Source: Raillietiella orientalis (lineage: Eukaryota). From it: a stretch of 64,000 nt of DNA. The stretch is taken from assembly GCA_036172245.1 (NCBI GenBank), contig JAYWIR010000039.1:1302001-1366000 (forward strand), given 5' to 3'. The notes beneath the pieces are model-generated. The model was not told where the DNA came from. It did no database searches and worked only from the letters and a program-made list of their open reading frames with translations. Below are positions 12,081-24,768 of the stretch, in pieces (within the stretch, counting starts at the first letter, position 1; the number at the start of each line of letters is the position of its first letter). Both the position numbers and the translations under genes were made by a program.

Positions 12081-15000
12081 CCTGCCGTCTGTGCCTGCCT
12101 GTTGGTGGACTCGGCTTTGCCGAGGGCCCGTGGTCAGAGGTCGCCGATCCTGACTCCTAGCGCCTTCGTGAAGGAACTCCCGAGAGGCACCGCAGCGGGG
12201 GGGGGGGTGCGGAGACTGCGACGGCAGGAGAGGGGTCCACGAGTCCACCGGCTGCCCGGGAAGCTGGCGGGAGTGCTTGCACGGAGCCCCCGCTTGCCGC
12301 CCAGAGATCAAGCGGAAAAGACGGGACGGAGAAGCCAAGGGATGCGACGACCGCCTTCTTTTTTTCCTTCTCTTTTGGAAGGCCGTATGGAAGGCATGCG
12401 GAGCGAGACGGACGTTCGACCGGCGCCCGCATCCAAAATGGCGTCGCCGGCCGACGTGGCTTCTGTCGCTTCGCTTCGCCCGCGAGCGGCGCAGAGGTGT
12501 CGCTCCCGCAGAATGCTTGCCGGGTTCGAGGAGCGGCGAGACCGAGGGCAGCAGCACCCGAAGTAACCCTGGAAGCATCCGACGACGTTGCCGTCGCCGC
12601 CGCACACGCAGACTCTCGACTGCAGGGGAAGCGCGCGCAAGACGGGCGGAGGCGCGCGGGGGTCTCCTTCTAAGCAGCGAGCATCCCCTGGAGACTCGAG
12701 CGTTCCGAGAAGTGTTGCCAGGGAGCAGGAGGAGGAGGGGGAGGGGAGAGGAGAGCGAGGTGGAAAAAAAGCACTCACACACAGCTTTCTGATATTCGGG
12801 ACCGTAATTGAGGTGCCATTAAAACCAACTCCTTTATTCTTCGGCGGGAAGCACCAGAGGAAGGCATCTGCCCGCTGCTGCTTCGGCACCGCCGTTCCAA
12901 AAATACGCCTACGCGCACACGTCACGAGCGTGGTGACGGGGGGCCCCTCGGCTTGCTCTGCGGCCGACGGAGTCTGCGTTTTTGCAAGACGGCCGGCGGA
13001 GCCGCCGCCACGCGCGCCTCCCGCCGCCCTGCCTTCCGTGCCACGAAGGCAGGCGGGCAGGCGAAGAGCGCGGCGCGCAGCGGGACGGAGGCGAACTTCC
13101 CTCCGCTGGAAGTGCGGCCCGACCCGCCCACGGGGAACGAGGTACCGAGGAGAGGCGCGTGAGTCATCTCCGGGCGCCAAGGAGCCGCCGCTCCTGGCGC
13201 CTTCCCCCTTTGGAAGTTGGGCACCGTCCCTCACCGCGTGCGGAGCGCGCGCCTTCGGCCGGAAGGTCGCGGAGCGCAAGGGCGAGACGATCCCTCGCCG
13301 CCGCCCGAAAGTGTACGGGGAGTCCTCCGTGGCGTCCGCCGCCCGTGTCTCGTGCGGGGCTGCCAGGGACGCGGCCGGCGCCTGGATGCCCCAGGACTCC
13401 TCCCGTCCTTCGGCCGCCCCTCGCCGGGAAGGCGGGGCGAGGCGCGACGCAGAGAGGATGGGGAGGGTCAGCGGCTTCCCCCCGTGGCCGCCTCGGGGGC
13501 ACTCCCGGGTGCCGGGGTCAGGCGAGAAGATTTCTCGCGGAGGAGCGGCCTCCCGTGACCTCGGCGGACTTTGCCTTCCCGTCGTCCGGGAAGGCGTGCG
13601 CGCGCCTCCCGGGTTCTCCCGCTGGGCCTCGGACGGCAGCGCGATGGAGGAGGAAGGAAGGGGAGGGGTGGAAGGAAAAAGAAGGCATTTCTGGACTCCT
13701 CCGCCACCTCCACCGCTGCAGATAATTAAGAATTGCCAGCATCCATCGTGAATGTACGCGACGCACCAGCCTCAGACGCGCATTTTTCTTCTTTTTTTTT
13801 CTTCTGTCTTCCTTTCTTTCCTTCCTTCTTTCCGGGAACGCGTCGAGGCGCACGTCCATAAATCGCCGAATTTCATTACCTCCAACATTTACTATCGAAT
13901 AAATAAGGCCTTCGATTAAATACGCCGGCGCAGGCAAACCTCCTTCGTGTTTCCGTCTGGTGCACGACACGTCCAGGGCCCTCCTCACCTGCGAAGCGGG
14001 CAAGAGACCCTCTAATACAGCGTAGCAAAATTTACGCTCGACGCGCAGCCTCGCCTCTTCCTGACAGAACCTATTTAAATAAATAACACTTTTATGAAGC
14101 GTTTCCCGGAGATATATTATTGAGTTTGTGTGTCTCCTGTCGACTTTATGACAAAACCTGACATTTAGTACTCATATTTCAAGACGGTCTTCATTCCCGG
14201 AATTGCGCGCGGGGACTTTGATCCGCGCGCTGCTGCTCCTTCGCTTTGTCTGCTCACCCGCGCGAGCGAACGCGCCGCTCTCCTCCCCGGCCGACCGACC
14301 GACCGACGGCCGTCTACCGCGCGCGCGCGCGCGCATTCCTTGTCGCTCCCCGCGCACTCGCCTTCGCATTCCCGTTTCGTTCACGTAATTATTTATTTAC
14401 CTATTTATTCGTGTATGTGTGTGTGCGTGTTACCCCTGCGCTCTTGTGCTTTTTTTTCTTTTTACCGCGAAAATAAATAAGAAAATGCAGCGCAGTGGAA
14501 TTCTCCCGCGCGGCGGCTCTCTCCCCCTCGACGCTGGCGAGTCACCACCACCGCAGCTGCGCCCGCGCGCTTTCTCGGTTACCTGGGAGACGGTCGGTGC
14601 GTCCGACGGGGGGGAGAGTTTGCGCCGCCGGCGCGCGCGGCTTGGAGAGTCGCGCTCGCGGTGGCCGGTGTGGTCGGATCTCGGGAGGAAGGCAAAGGGA
14701 GCGGGAGGAGCAGGGCGGGGGGGGAGCACCTCGCTCGCTCGCGCGCGCGAGCCCTCCCTCGAGAGGCGGAAGAGGAAGGCGCGGGCGTGGAGGGGGCGGC
14801 GTCGCTCGCTTTCAGGGCAGCCGGATGCTGAGCGCGCGCGCGCGATCTCTGCGGTTTACGATTATTACAGGTTTTCTTTCGTGGGGCGGGCTGTTTCCTC
14901 TCCTGCCCTTTCGCCGGCGTTTCCGAGAGAGAGAGAGAGAGGAGGGAGGGAGAGGGGGGGGGGGGAGGAAGGCTAACGGGATCGCAGATGGAATCCGGCA

Positions 15001-18000
15001 TCATTATCGTTTCCCTCTTTATTTTTATTTTATTTTATTTTTTTGTTCCGCTCGCTTCCCCTTGGCGCGCAGGAGGAGGCGCGGGAGCGTGGCTCTCCGT
15101 CGGACGGAGCAGCTCATTTGCAAGCTCTCGTGAAATACGAGCGTTCGTTCCTCGCGGACGGAGAGCCTCGCGTGCAGAGATGCTAATGCGCAACAATGGG
15201 ATGCGGGCGCACCGAACTGAATCCGTGACGAGTGGACGCGGGGCAAATGGGTTGCTTGTCCCCCGGCCAGGCCCCGCGCCTTTTGCAACAGCGGCGAGGG
15301 GAAAAAAAAAAAAAAATCCCTTCCCCCCCCCTTCTCTCTCTCTCTCTCCCGCCTCTGCTCGAGCACGCGGTTTTTTTTTTTTTCATTTTTTCGGTGGCGC
15401 ACGCGCGCGCATGCACCCTCACGGCATGCTCGTGCGGGGGAGGCGCGCGCGATTTGTTTTCAAGTTTCAAAAACACACAAAAAAAAAACAGCAACAAAAA
15501 AACAAAAAGAAAGGAAGCAAAAAGAAAAACGAGGAAAAGACGTTTCGTAACCGAAACGCTGTCTTCCGAAGAGGAGCCGCGAGTGAACGCAGCAGCACCC
15601 TCCGGGCTCGCTGGAGCGAAACCGCGCCGCCCCCCTCCCCCCCGAACCGCATTGTTGCCGCTGCCCTCCTTCGGCACTCCCCACCGTCTGCGTCGGGCGG
15701 GGGGCGTGGCGCCGACTGGGCCCTTCCTTCCTGCCGTCTCTCCTCGCATCGTCGGGAGGGAAGACGAATCCGCGGAAACAAAATGGCCGCCGCCGAGGCG
15801 GTCCCTGCCTCGTCGCCGTCGTCGTCCACGGCAACGGCAGCAGCAATAGCACCCTCAGCCTGCCGCTGGCTTGTCTCCTTCCTCTTCCCTTCCCCTCCAC
15901 CTCCTTCCCTTGCCATTCTCCAGCCTGAAATCCCCGTTGGCGCCCCTCCCGGTGCAGAAGTGCCCAGTAGGCCAACACGCGGCGCGCGCGTTCCTACGGA
16001 TGGCGCGGGTGTCGTCTCGGCTGGGAGCGGGAGGGGGGAGGGGGAAGCGAGGGGGGAATGGGAGGAGGAGAGGGGGGAGACACCGATGATTGCTTCCTGA
16101 ACCTTCCGGACTTTTGGCGGGAAACTCGAGAGAAATCGTTGAATTTTTAATGGGGCTTGGAGCCCCTCCTATTCCCACCCCATGTATACAGCGGGGCTGC
16201 TTACCGATGAAGTCGCCCGCGAGGGGGACCGGGATGCAGGGATTCTTAATCACCTTTTCGATTTCGCTACAGAGGCAGGAAGAGATCCTTTGCAAGATAA
16301 GGCGGGCGCCGGGAGGGCGTTGCCTGGAAACGAACCTGTTGCGGAGTTCCCTGTGCGGGGCTGCGGTCCCCTGTTCCGGACTGCGCGGCAGCTTCTTCCT
16401 GGCAAGCGCGCGAGGGAAGTGCCGAAAGGCGGGGGCTCCCTCGGCGAACCCCACCTGGAATGGGGGGAGGGGGGATACTCGAGTCCACGCGTGGACGCGC
16501 CGCTCCAGCGGGTGCGCGCCGCGGAGACCCTGTTGGTTTTAGTGGGGTGATTTATGGGGAGTGGGGCGGCCGGTGGAAGCGCTCGGGGTTTACGACTGCA
16601 GCACCAGCGCTTGCGAGGGAGCGGCGCCCGAGGCTGCAGCCAACTCCGAAGACGCTGCGCTTCAAAGTGGACCTGCCGGCCCCCAAGTGCGCCTAGCGGC
16701 GGCTTTCTCGGGACTGCGTCCTCTCACCTTCGCCCTCCTCCCTTACTCTGCTACTCTTCGTCGTCCTCCGTTCCTCTGCCTCTCTTGCTGCTCCTCCTCT
16801 CCTCTGAGTGTTCTCCCTTCAGGGGCCCCTGCAGTGGTATCCGAGCTGCCAGGTCCGCGAAGCGACTCTCCGCAGTTCACGTTGCCTGCCGGGAGAGGCA
16901 CTCCCGTCGTGTCCCGATAGCCGGCGGCGCAGCGCCCATTGCCCGCGCAGCCTTGCGCGACATTTTCTTTTCGTTTCCCTTCTCCGGTCCCACGTGAAAT
17001 AACACGCACGCGTGTGTCCCTCCCTTTAGCTACTGTCTCGTGGTTCCCCCGGGAACGGGCGCGCGCGCCTTGTCGAAGCGACGCGACCCTTCCGTTTTTT
17101 GTTTTTTTTTGCTTTTTCTTTTGCTCCCTGCCTTTCCCTCCTCCACTCGCCGATCGTCGTTTTCCCCCGCCGGGAGAGGAACGCACGAACGGACGCTCCT
17201 CCGTGCCGGACGATCCCGGCGTATGCCCTATCCAACCTGTTGCTAGGCGCTCCGTCGTGCCCGCGCCAGCCAGGCGCGTCCGTGCGGCCTCTTCATTGGG
17301 TCTCTCGCCATCAGATGGACCAAGGATGCACTCCTCCGGTCCATCTCTCTCTCTTTCGCTCCCTCCCTCCCTGCGGCGAGAGATGCACGCGCGCGCTTCC
17401 TCCCTTTCCTCCCCTCCGCTGCTCTCGCACGCGATCTCGCCGTGGCAGAGGCTGTCGGACGGACGCCATTCGGACGCCGCGGGTTGGCCGGCCCGCTGCG
17501 TCCGACGATACCGCGCGGCACCTCCGATGCTGTTGATTGGAGGTAGTGGAGGCCTGGGCTCCTCCCTCGCTGTCAGTCCCATCCCTCGGGGAACGCGCGC
17601 GCGGGGGCGTACGAGGGAGTCGAGGCGGCTTACTCTTTGGAGCGAGGAGGATCGCGAATGGGAGGAGGAATTGGGGTGAAGGTGGGGATGGGGACGACAC
17701 AGAAGCATGGCGGCGGCCGCACCTGTTCGCCGTCGCTGTTTCGCGGTTTCGCTTGCTCCTCCCCCTCCTCGCCTCTCTCTCTCTCTCCCGGCTTTCGGGT
17801 AGCCGCTGCCGTTCCGATCGAGGCCTGATATGGGGGAGGTCGGGTCCGCCGTAAGGAGGGTGGCGGCGCTTGCTCCTCGCGTAGGGGGGTGGGGGGGGTG
17901 GGGGGATCGGCAGCGAGGGGAGACGCCGGCGGCTGCTAACGACGCCGATTCGATGACATTGTGCACCTCTCTCTCCAACGTAGAGGCCGTGCCTCCGGCT

Positions 18001-19802
18001 GGACCGCAGACGGGTCCTCCTGCGACGGCGTCCGCGTAGTCACAGGCGCGGCCTCTTCCAGAGGAGTTCCGATCCCAGACCTCTTCCTTCTTTCGTCGAG
18101 CCGGCCTTCTCCCTTTCTTTTTCTTCTTCTTCGTCCTCCTCCTCCTTCCCGCTCCCTCTGCTCTTTCCCGGTTTGGTTTATTTTTGACAGCTCAATAATT
18201 AACCGCGGCCCATAATGGGGCTTTCTTAGCGCCGGCGAGCGCGCTCCGGAGGAGCAGGATCGTAAAACGAGACCGGCAGCCTCCTCCTCCGTTCGGGAAC
18301 GCATCGGCAGGGATCGATAAAGATGACAGTTTAATCACTTTGTAGGGAAATATGGAAGGGGTGAAGCAGCCATAAACCTCCCCCTAGCTAGGAAAACACG
18401 GCCGAAAGAGCGGTCAGGACGACGAAGGGTGCGGTAATTGGGCCTCCTCGCTAGGCGTTGGGACGGGCGTCTCCTCGACTCGTAACTCACCTACGAACTC
18501 CCCTCCCCCTCCTCCGCGCGCACGCGCGATATCGCGAGGCGAAGGGGCGGTCGCGCGCGCTTCCGAGAGAGCGACCGCCGGACCGACCGCGCGCATGCGC
18601 CGTCGCCGCCGCCCTCCTGTCCGTCCGTTCGTCCGTCTGGGTCGGGAAGGACGCGCCTCCCCTTAGGCCGTGCGCTCTCTCGCGCGCGGCAGGGGAAGGC
18701 AAGGGGACCGGGACCGACTCCAAGGGTCCGGGAAAGGGGGGGTGGGGGTCCGGCCCGCCGCTTACCCAGCCCAGACGGGGTGGGGGGGGCGGGGGAGCTG
18801 ACCTAGTGCTTCCTGTCGCTGCTTAAAGATGCTCGCCGTCCCCCAGGCAGTGGCGGACGCGAGAGCGAGGGAGAGAGAGGAGCGAAAGAGGAACAATCAG
18901 GGGATCAGGAAGGAAGGAGGAAGAAGAAGGAAGAAACAAGCCGATACGCGCGCGCGAGCGCGTGCTCACATCCTCGGATTCGTTCCAAAGGTTGCGATGG
19001 CAACTCGGAGAGCAGGAATCAAACATATTTAAATCTCGCGGATCATAGGAGGCGAGCTAATCAATAGGGCCGGAATGATTTCCGAGTGCAATCGAGGAAA
19101 ATGGAGTGCCTTTTATGGCCAGGTGATTTCTGCAGCCCACGTCCAATGGCCGCGCTTTCGTCCGCGTTATGTTTTGCGTCAGTTATTATTTCCCTCCACG
19201 CGAAGAGAAAATGCGCAGCGCACTCGGCCATTAGGATAACAGTTACATTCTCTTACTCTTTGATAAATTGTTCATAAACTTCGGGTCGGAGGATGGCGCA
19301 TCGGAGCTCGCGGAGAGATATCATCATCATTACGGTGCAGCGTATGCTAATTACTGGCCGAGTGAATTTACTGGGCCTTTTTTTTTTTTTTTTTTTTATT
19401 GAAACCTGGCGAGGCTGCGACGCGCCGCAGGGTCCGCTTGGTTGTGTCTTCCTCTCACAGATGGCAGTCGTTCCGCCTTCGTCGCACCCGTGCATATCCT
19501 TTGTTTCTTTCGCCCCGCCCCGCCCCGCTTCCTGCCCCCGAAAGCACGACACTACACTAGGGGTGGGAAGGGGGGAGAATGCCTCCTTCCCTCACCGCCC
19601 CTCGCCTTTTCGCTCCCCCGCGAGAGCGGCGAGGCGTCTCTCCAGCCAGGAAGATCACGGTGTGTCCAATCTCTCTATTTGGCCAAAACGGGTACAACAA
19701 TGAAACGTGGGTCCACGCGCGCCGGCAACGGAGGGTCGTTGGGCGGGGAGAGACAGGCGGGCAAGGCGGCACCCGGGGCGGGCTGCTTGGCGTCGACGAC
19801 TG

Positions 19803-20434
19803 TCAGTCGCGCCTGTCCGGGTGGAGGTTGCGGTACATTGCACTGATGTCCTCCTGGGCGTTCAGGTAAAAGTTCGGTCCCGCCCACCTGCTGGAGGGGG
19901 GCCAGCAGATGGAGCACTGCTGCAGCGCTGTCATGTTCTGGAGAGCGGTGCTCGAGTAGGAGAGCCACGGGAAGAGGTTGCTTTCCTCCATCCAGGGCCT
20001 GCGGATGGACAGCTTGGGGTTTGAGGACGGCGGTGCCGACGGGAAGGAGAGAGCCGCCTTCTTCGACGACGCTTTCGACATGGGGAACTTGACCAGCTTG
20101 GGCTTCATCGACGTGGCCAGGCACAGCGGCTCCTGCGCCGCCCCCGCCGCCGACTCTTCCGCTATCGAGGCGGCGGACTCGCTCCTTGGGCTGGAGCCGT
20201 CCTCCACTGCCGCGCGCCGGGGGGATGGCGCGTGCTCGGGGGCCGGAGTGCTGACCACGTCGATGATCGGCGAAGGCGGAGGCGAGCTGACCTTGGACGT
20301 CGATGGCGACTGGAGATAGAAGGCCGAGTGGTTGGGGCCCTCCACGAAGATGAGGAGGTGCTTCCTCTGGATGTGCCAGACCAGCTCGTCCGGAGTGTTG
20401 AAGGTCGCGCCGCACTTCCCGCAGCAGTAGAGAC
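19803..20434 (-). CDS. Gene A coding exon 2: C2H2 zinc finger plus Ser/Pro/Ala-rich tail (spliced protein 309 aa)
   Basis: Branch-like CTGAC and acceptor ctctcctcgtAG|GT at 20435/20434, in phase with exon 1. Encodes (G)LYCCGKCGATFNTPDELVWHIQRKH (Y-x-C-x2-C-x3-F-x5-L-x2-H-x4-H) and runs in frame into track ORF 20345..19803 to TGA. Confidence 0.88.
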
Positions 20435-21584
20435 CTACGAGGAGAGCGCGTCAGGAGGAGGAGGATGCGCCGACCGCCCGGAGCACCTCGGAAAGGAACT
20501 GCCGGTTTCCGACTCTCGCTGCGCGAAAGCTCGGCCCGGCTCAGAGGACGCAGGATGGGGTGGGGGGTGGGGACTCGCCTCCTCGTCCCTCCGGAACGCC
20601 GCGCAGTTTCGAGTGGGGACGGCGGCGAAGCTCCGCGGCTGCCGGCCCCCGGCCGCTTCCTTTTTCCTCCTTTCCCCGACAGGAGTGGCAGCGGCTCCAA
20701 GGCGACGGTGGAGGCGGTCTTTCCGCGGCAGTCCCTCTGCGGAAAAGCCCCCCAAGCGGGCCGAGTTTCCTGCTGCAAGAAGGGGCCGCTCCTGGGATCC
20801 GCATTCCGAAGCGTGCGCCGCGCCAAGCGTGGCGCCTCTGCGAATTGCCAGGGATCCCGGGATGCTGGATCCGCTGTCGCGAAGGCGGCGGCGGCCACGA
20901 CGACCGTGCCCGCTCGGGCAACAGTCTCGGTCCGGCCGTCAGTCACAGTGGGCCACGCGAGCTCGGCCACGCTGGGCTCGCACGCAGCTCTTCCGAGGAG
21001 ATCCCTCCGAGGTCCCTCTTCGGCGGGGGAGGGCGGTTCCCAATTCGTGCTGGCACAGGAACGAATTCCCGGAGCACTTCTTGTGGGACGGAGGACCAAA
21101 TCGGGTGCTTGGCTGCCGTCGTCGACTTTGCCCTTCCTTAGTTGTCGGGCAGCGTCCGCGTTCCTCAAGACGGGGTCCAGGTGTGTTCCGGCAGGCGAAG
21201 GGCAGCGAGCAGCGCGTGCCGAGTGAACGGTCCTTTGGCGCTCGATCGGCAAGCGTTCACCAGGACGTCGGTTTCCGCCATTTTGCTTTTCTTCTTCTTT
21301 CTCCCCTTTTGTTTTTTTCCGTCCTCGTCAGATGACGTTGGTCCTCGAAAAGGGGAAAAGAGGGGCTTCCTTCCCCCGGCTCGGAAGCCAGCGGCGGCGG
21401 CGTTCCAAGGTCGCGGCCAGCGTTCTCGGGCAGAGCTGTTGCCCGTGAAGGCGCCGAGTGCCCAAGGGCGGGATTTTTTTTTCTTCTCTTCTTTCTCTTT
21501 TAGCACGCGCCCCATCGCCTTTTCCGGCTGCGAGCGGGAAGCGGGCGGGCGGCGGAACCGCGCCAAAGCACGAAGAGGGAGTAC
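20435..21584 (-). other. Gene A intron, 1150 nt, GT..AG, phase 1
   Basis: Joins the DM exon and the C2H2 exon in frame, at the same position (inside the Gly of Pro-Gly) as the gene B intron. Confidence 0.8.
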
Positions 21585-21882
21585 CTGGAAGCCTGTAAGC
21601 TCCTTCCTCGAGCGACTGCATCTGCTTGTCGAGCCTGGGCTTCTCCTCGGCGTTGAAGATGAGCTTCCGGCGGTGGCTCTGCTGCTTGGCCATGATCTGC
21701 TGCCTCTGGGACACCAGGTTGCAGCTGTCGCACTCGCACGCGGCGTACGGGCAGAAGCGCTTGTGCCCCTTCAGGGGGATTATCTTCATGTGGTTCCTGC
21801 ACCTCGCGCAGGTCGGCTTCCTGTTCCCGGAAGCGGCCTGGTTCATGTTCTCGCACAGAGAAGGCACGCGTATCGTAGGCAT
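21585..21882 (-). CDS. Gene A coding exon 1: DM (doublesex/mab-3) domain transcription factor, Dmrt-like
   Basis: MPTIRVPSLCENMNQAASGNRKPTCARCRNHMKIIPLKGHKRFCPYAACECDSCNLVSQRQQIMAKQQSHRRKLIF...RLPG has the full DM zinc-ligand pattern C-x2-C-x2-H-x8-H-x3-C-x4-C-x-C-x2-C plus the R..IM..Q...RR tail. It ends at a phase-1 donor CCAG|GTACTC (21585/21584). Confidence 0.93.
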
Positions 21883-24041
21883 TCGCTTATCTACAATTCA
21901 AGAGAACTTTCATGTAGCGCAGGATGCGCGCCCTCCACCGGCGGCGCGCCACCTGCTTCCCGAGCAGAGCGCACTGCCCCCGGGCTGGTACGTGCACGAG
22001 CGTGGTGCCGCCGTACAGTGTACAACCAACCAGCCAACCACCCGCCCGCCCTCGCCGCGCAGGTACACCGCACGTGAGTGTTTTGGCCGCACGCACGCAC
22101 ATGGATGCGTGCCTGCGCAGCGGCCTCGTCCACACGTGGATGCAGGCAGACCCCTTCATCTGCGCTGGAGCTTTCAAGGACCGGGAAGAAGGATGTGCCG
22201 GAGGCGGGGTGGGGTGTGCGCGTGGGTGGCGAAACCGACATCTTCGCCTCCTGCCTCTATTCGGGGAATTGTCCCCTTCCCCCTCCCCCTTCCCGCCCCT
22301 TTTGACCACGTTTCGCCGCGCGGGACGCTCCCTTTCGCTCCCGACATCCCGGCTGCAGCCCGGCGTCCGGCGGGGACCCCGGCTGACGTCACGACGGTTC
22401 CCTCTCCTCGCACCGGTGTCTATGTTTCCTCTTTTGTGCGAAGAGTGAGAGTCCCGAGTCCCGGACCGGTTTCAAAGGGGGATGCTGCGTTCCCATCCGT
22501 CAGTCTCGCTAAAGCGAGCCGAACGGAAATCTTTCTCACGGGGCGGCGGCGTTGCCCTTCGCGACAGCGCGCGTCTTCATCCCGCCCTTCGAAGGAGAAA
22601 TCCCGGAACGCGCTCTCCTGAGCTTCAGCGAGATGAGCCTTGAAGATGGCTGCGGATGCTGGGTTGCCCTCTGACCCGAGCGGCAGCGCGACGGAGCATC
22701 CGCAGCGGTCCTGCCGAAGTGGCGAACGCTCGAGTAGGCGGCGTTTGGCAGCTCGAGAGAACGGGAGGAGCAGCACCTGCGGTGGCTGCGGCGCTGGACA
22801 TCTGGAAACCATGGTCCCGGCGGGTTCTTCTGGATATCAGCCGAAAGGGGCAGGGAGCGCGCGCGCGACGCGTCCTGGGGACCGGATGGCACGCGGAGTG
22901 TCCCCACTTCCCCATGAGGAGTGGGGAGCTCTGAGATCGCAGAAACCCTCAGGTCGAGAGCTCGTCGTACGATGCGGTTATCCGGGAAACGTCCGTCCCC
23001 GAGGATTCGAGGAGAGCATCCTCTCGGTTACAACCAGAGGCTGGTGCCGGGGGAAGATCAGTTCGCTTGCCCTGGGGTTCGAAAGCCACCAACGCGGCGG
23101 CGGTAGGCGGCTTCCACGCCCGCCCGCGTGGACGAGCACAGTGGCTGGAGCTTTCTGTTTGGCGGGAAGGAGCCGCTTCGGGAACGGCGCGTTGCGGGGC
23201 GCGCCTGTCGCCCCTCGCAACGCGCGCAGACCGTCCGTCCCGGCGAACGCTCCTGCATGGGACGAACGGAGGTGGGAAGTGGCTCCAGAGGACACCCTGG
23301 AAGCGAGGGATCACCGTCCCCCGTCCACAGCAGCCCACGACTGGCACCGCTCCGAGAAAAGGGGAGCCGTGCTCTCCAGCGGCGAAACTGTGAACTCGGA
23401 CCTGACTTGAGGTCACGAGGGCTACATGCCATTTTCCCTTCCTTCGACGCGTTCATCAGTGAATGGGGGGGGGGGGAGGAGGAGGAAATCCTTTCGTGTC
23501 TTTCTTGTCTTCCGCGGGTATCGCTGCCCTCGTCGAAGACAAACAGCGTTTCCGTTTCCTAGGAGAACAGGATTCGTGACCAAGTAGCTGTTTGGGGGAA
23601 ATGAGTAGGTGAGGGTTTGCCCATCGCCCGCGTGTATCGGGCTGCTCGTCCATTTCACGAGGGGATGAGGTCGGTCTCCGTGGCGAAGATTTCGACCACG
23701 GAAAAAGATGCTCCTCATTTGGATCGAGTCTCACGTGCGGACCTTTACAGACCCGCGACCCTACGCATCGCCTACGTAAACACTTCCCTCCACTCCCACC
23801 CCATCCGCTCGCAACACGCGAAGAGCACCACGGACGAGGAGGGAACGCGAGTGAGTGTTGAGGAAAAGCAATCGGCGGTAGTTGGGTTGCGTGCAGCACG
23901 ACGGGAGCGGCAGCTTCCCAAAGCTGCAGCAGCCGTTCCACCTCCTTTTTCCCGCTTCGGATGCAGAAGAAACAAGCACAGAGCACGCAGAAGATAGTCA
24001 GTTCGAGAAGAGCACCATGCGACCGTTGCCAGGCAGCCTGC

Positions 24042-24768
24042 GCTGGCGACCGCGTGGCTGCGGCCTCCGCGCGCGAGGCACTAAGTGTCGCGGGTTCAAA
24101 TCCCGCCCTGGGAAGGATCGTTGTCGCCGAGAACGGAGGGAGCGCGTCGTGGGTTTCGAGTTCCTCCTTTCCCGCCGGATGACGCTGGTTGTCGGCCTAT
24201 CCTGGTGCGGCGCTGGTGGGAGCCGGAAGACCGCGTTGAGTGGACGAGATTAGAAGACGACTCTCCAGGTCCTTCGAGGGATCAAGGAGCCGTTTGGGTT
24301 CCCCTCAGGCTTTGAAAATGGCACCCTTCCATCGCGTGTCATGTCGTGGAGCTGGTTGATACTCCCCTCGGGGGAGTATGAGCTCTGGAGCGTCAAGAAG
24401 CGCGCTGCTCCCTTCGGGGAGCAGCCCTTCAGAGAGAAATCAGAAAGCGTACCTTCCCTTGGAACGGCTCCCTTGCGGGCGCCCTCCGGAGAAGAAAGAT
24501 GGGGTTCTTTTCCCCGGGTGTTCCTCCAGAGAGAACCAGGAAGAGGTTCCCTGCGGGATTCCCTCTCAAGAGCGAGAGAGGAACGGACTCCTTCCTCCGG
24601 AGCCTTCTGGATTCCCTGCGGGGTTGCTTTCTAACTAGAAGAGTCAGCACGCACCCTCGGGTGACGCGGACAGCGTCAACGAGCTTCGTGACCTCCCTCC
24701 CCCGGGGAAGCGCACGGTTCTTCAGCACTGGCGAGCCAGGAAAAGGAAACCCGAAGAAAGGAAAAAAA
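24042..24768 (+). mobile_element. tRNA-headed SINE-like repeat, copy 2
   Basis: GGTTCAAATCC at 24093-24103. Shares CAAGAGCGAGAGAGGAACGGACTCCTTCCTCCGG and the downstream GAAGAGTCAG...GGGTGACGCG block with copy 1; A-rich tail. Confidence 0.8.

Noticed and set aside
17531..17543. CCTCCAATCAACA (minus strand), an 11/13 match to the Tra/Tra2 dsx repeat element, 2.3 kb past the gene A stop
   Set aside because: Single imperfect copy; functional elements occur in clusters and I saw no others.
19675..21252. 525-aa minus-strand ORF overlapping gene A
   Set aside because: Alternate-frame, Arg/Pro/Ala-rich with no domain; the real frame is the spliced C2H2 exon.
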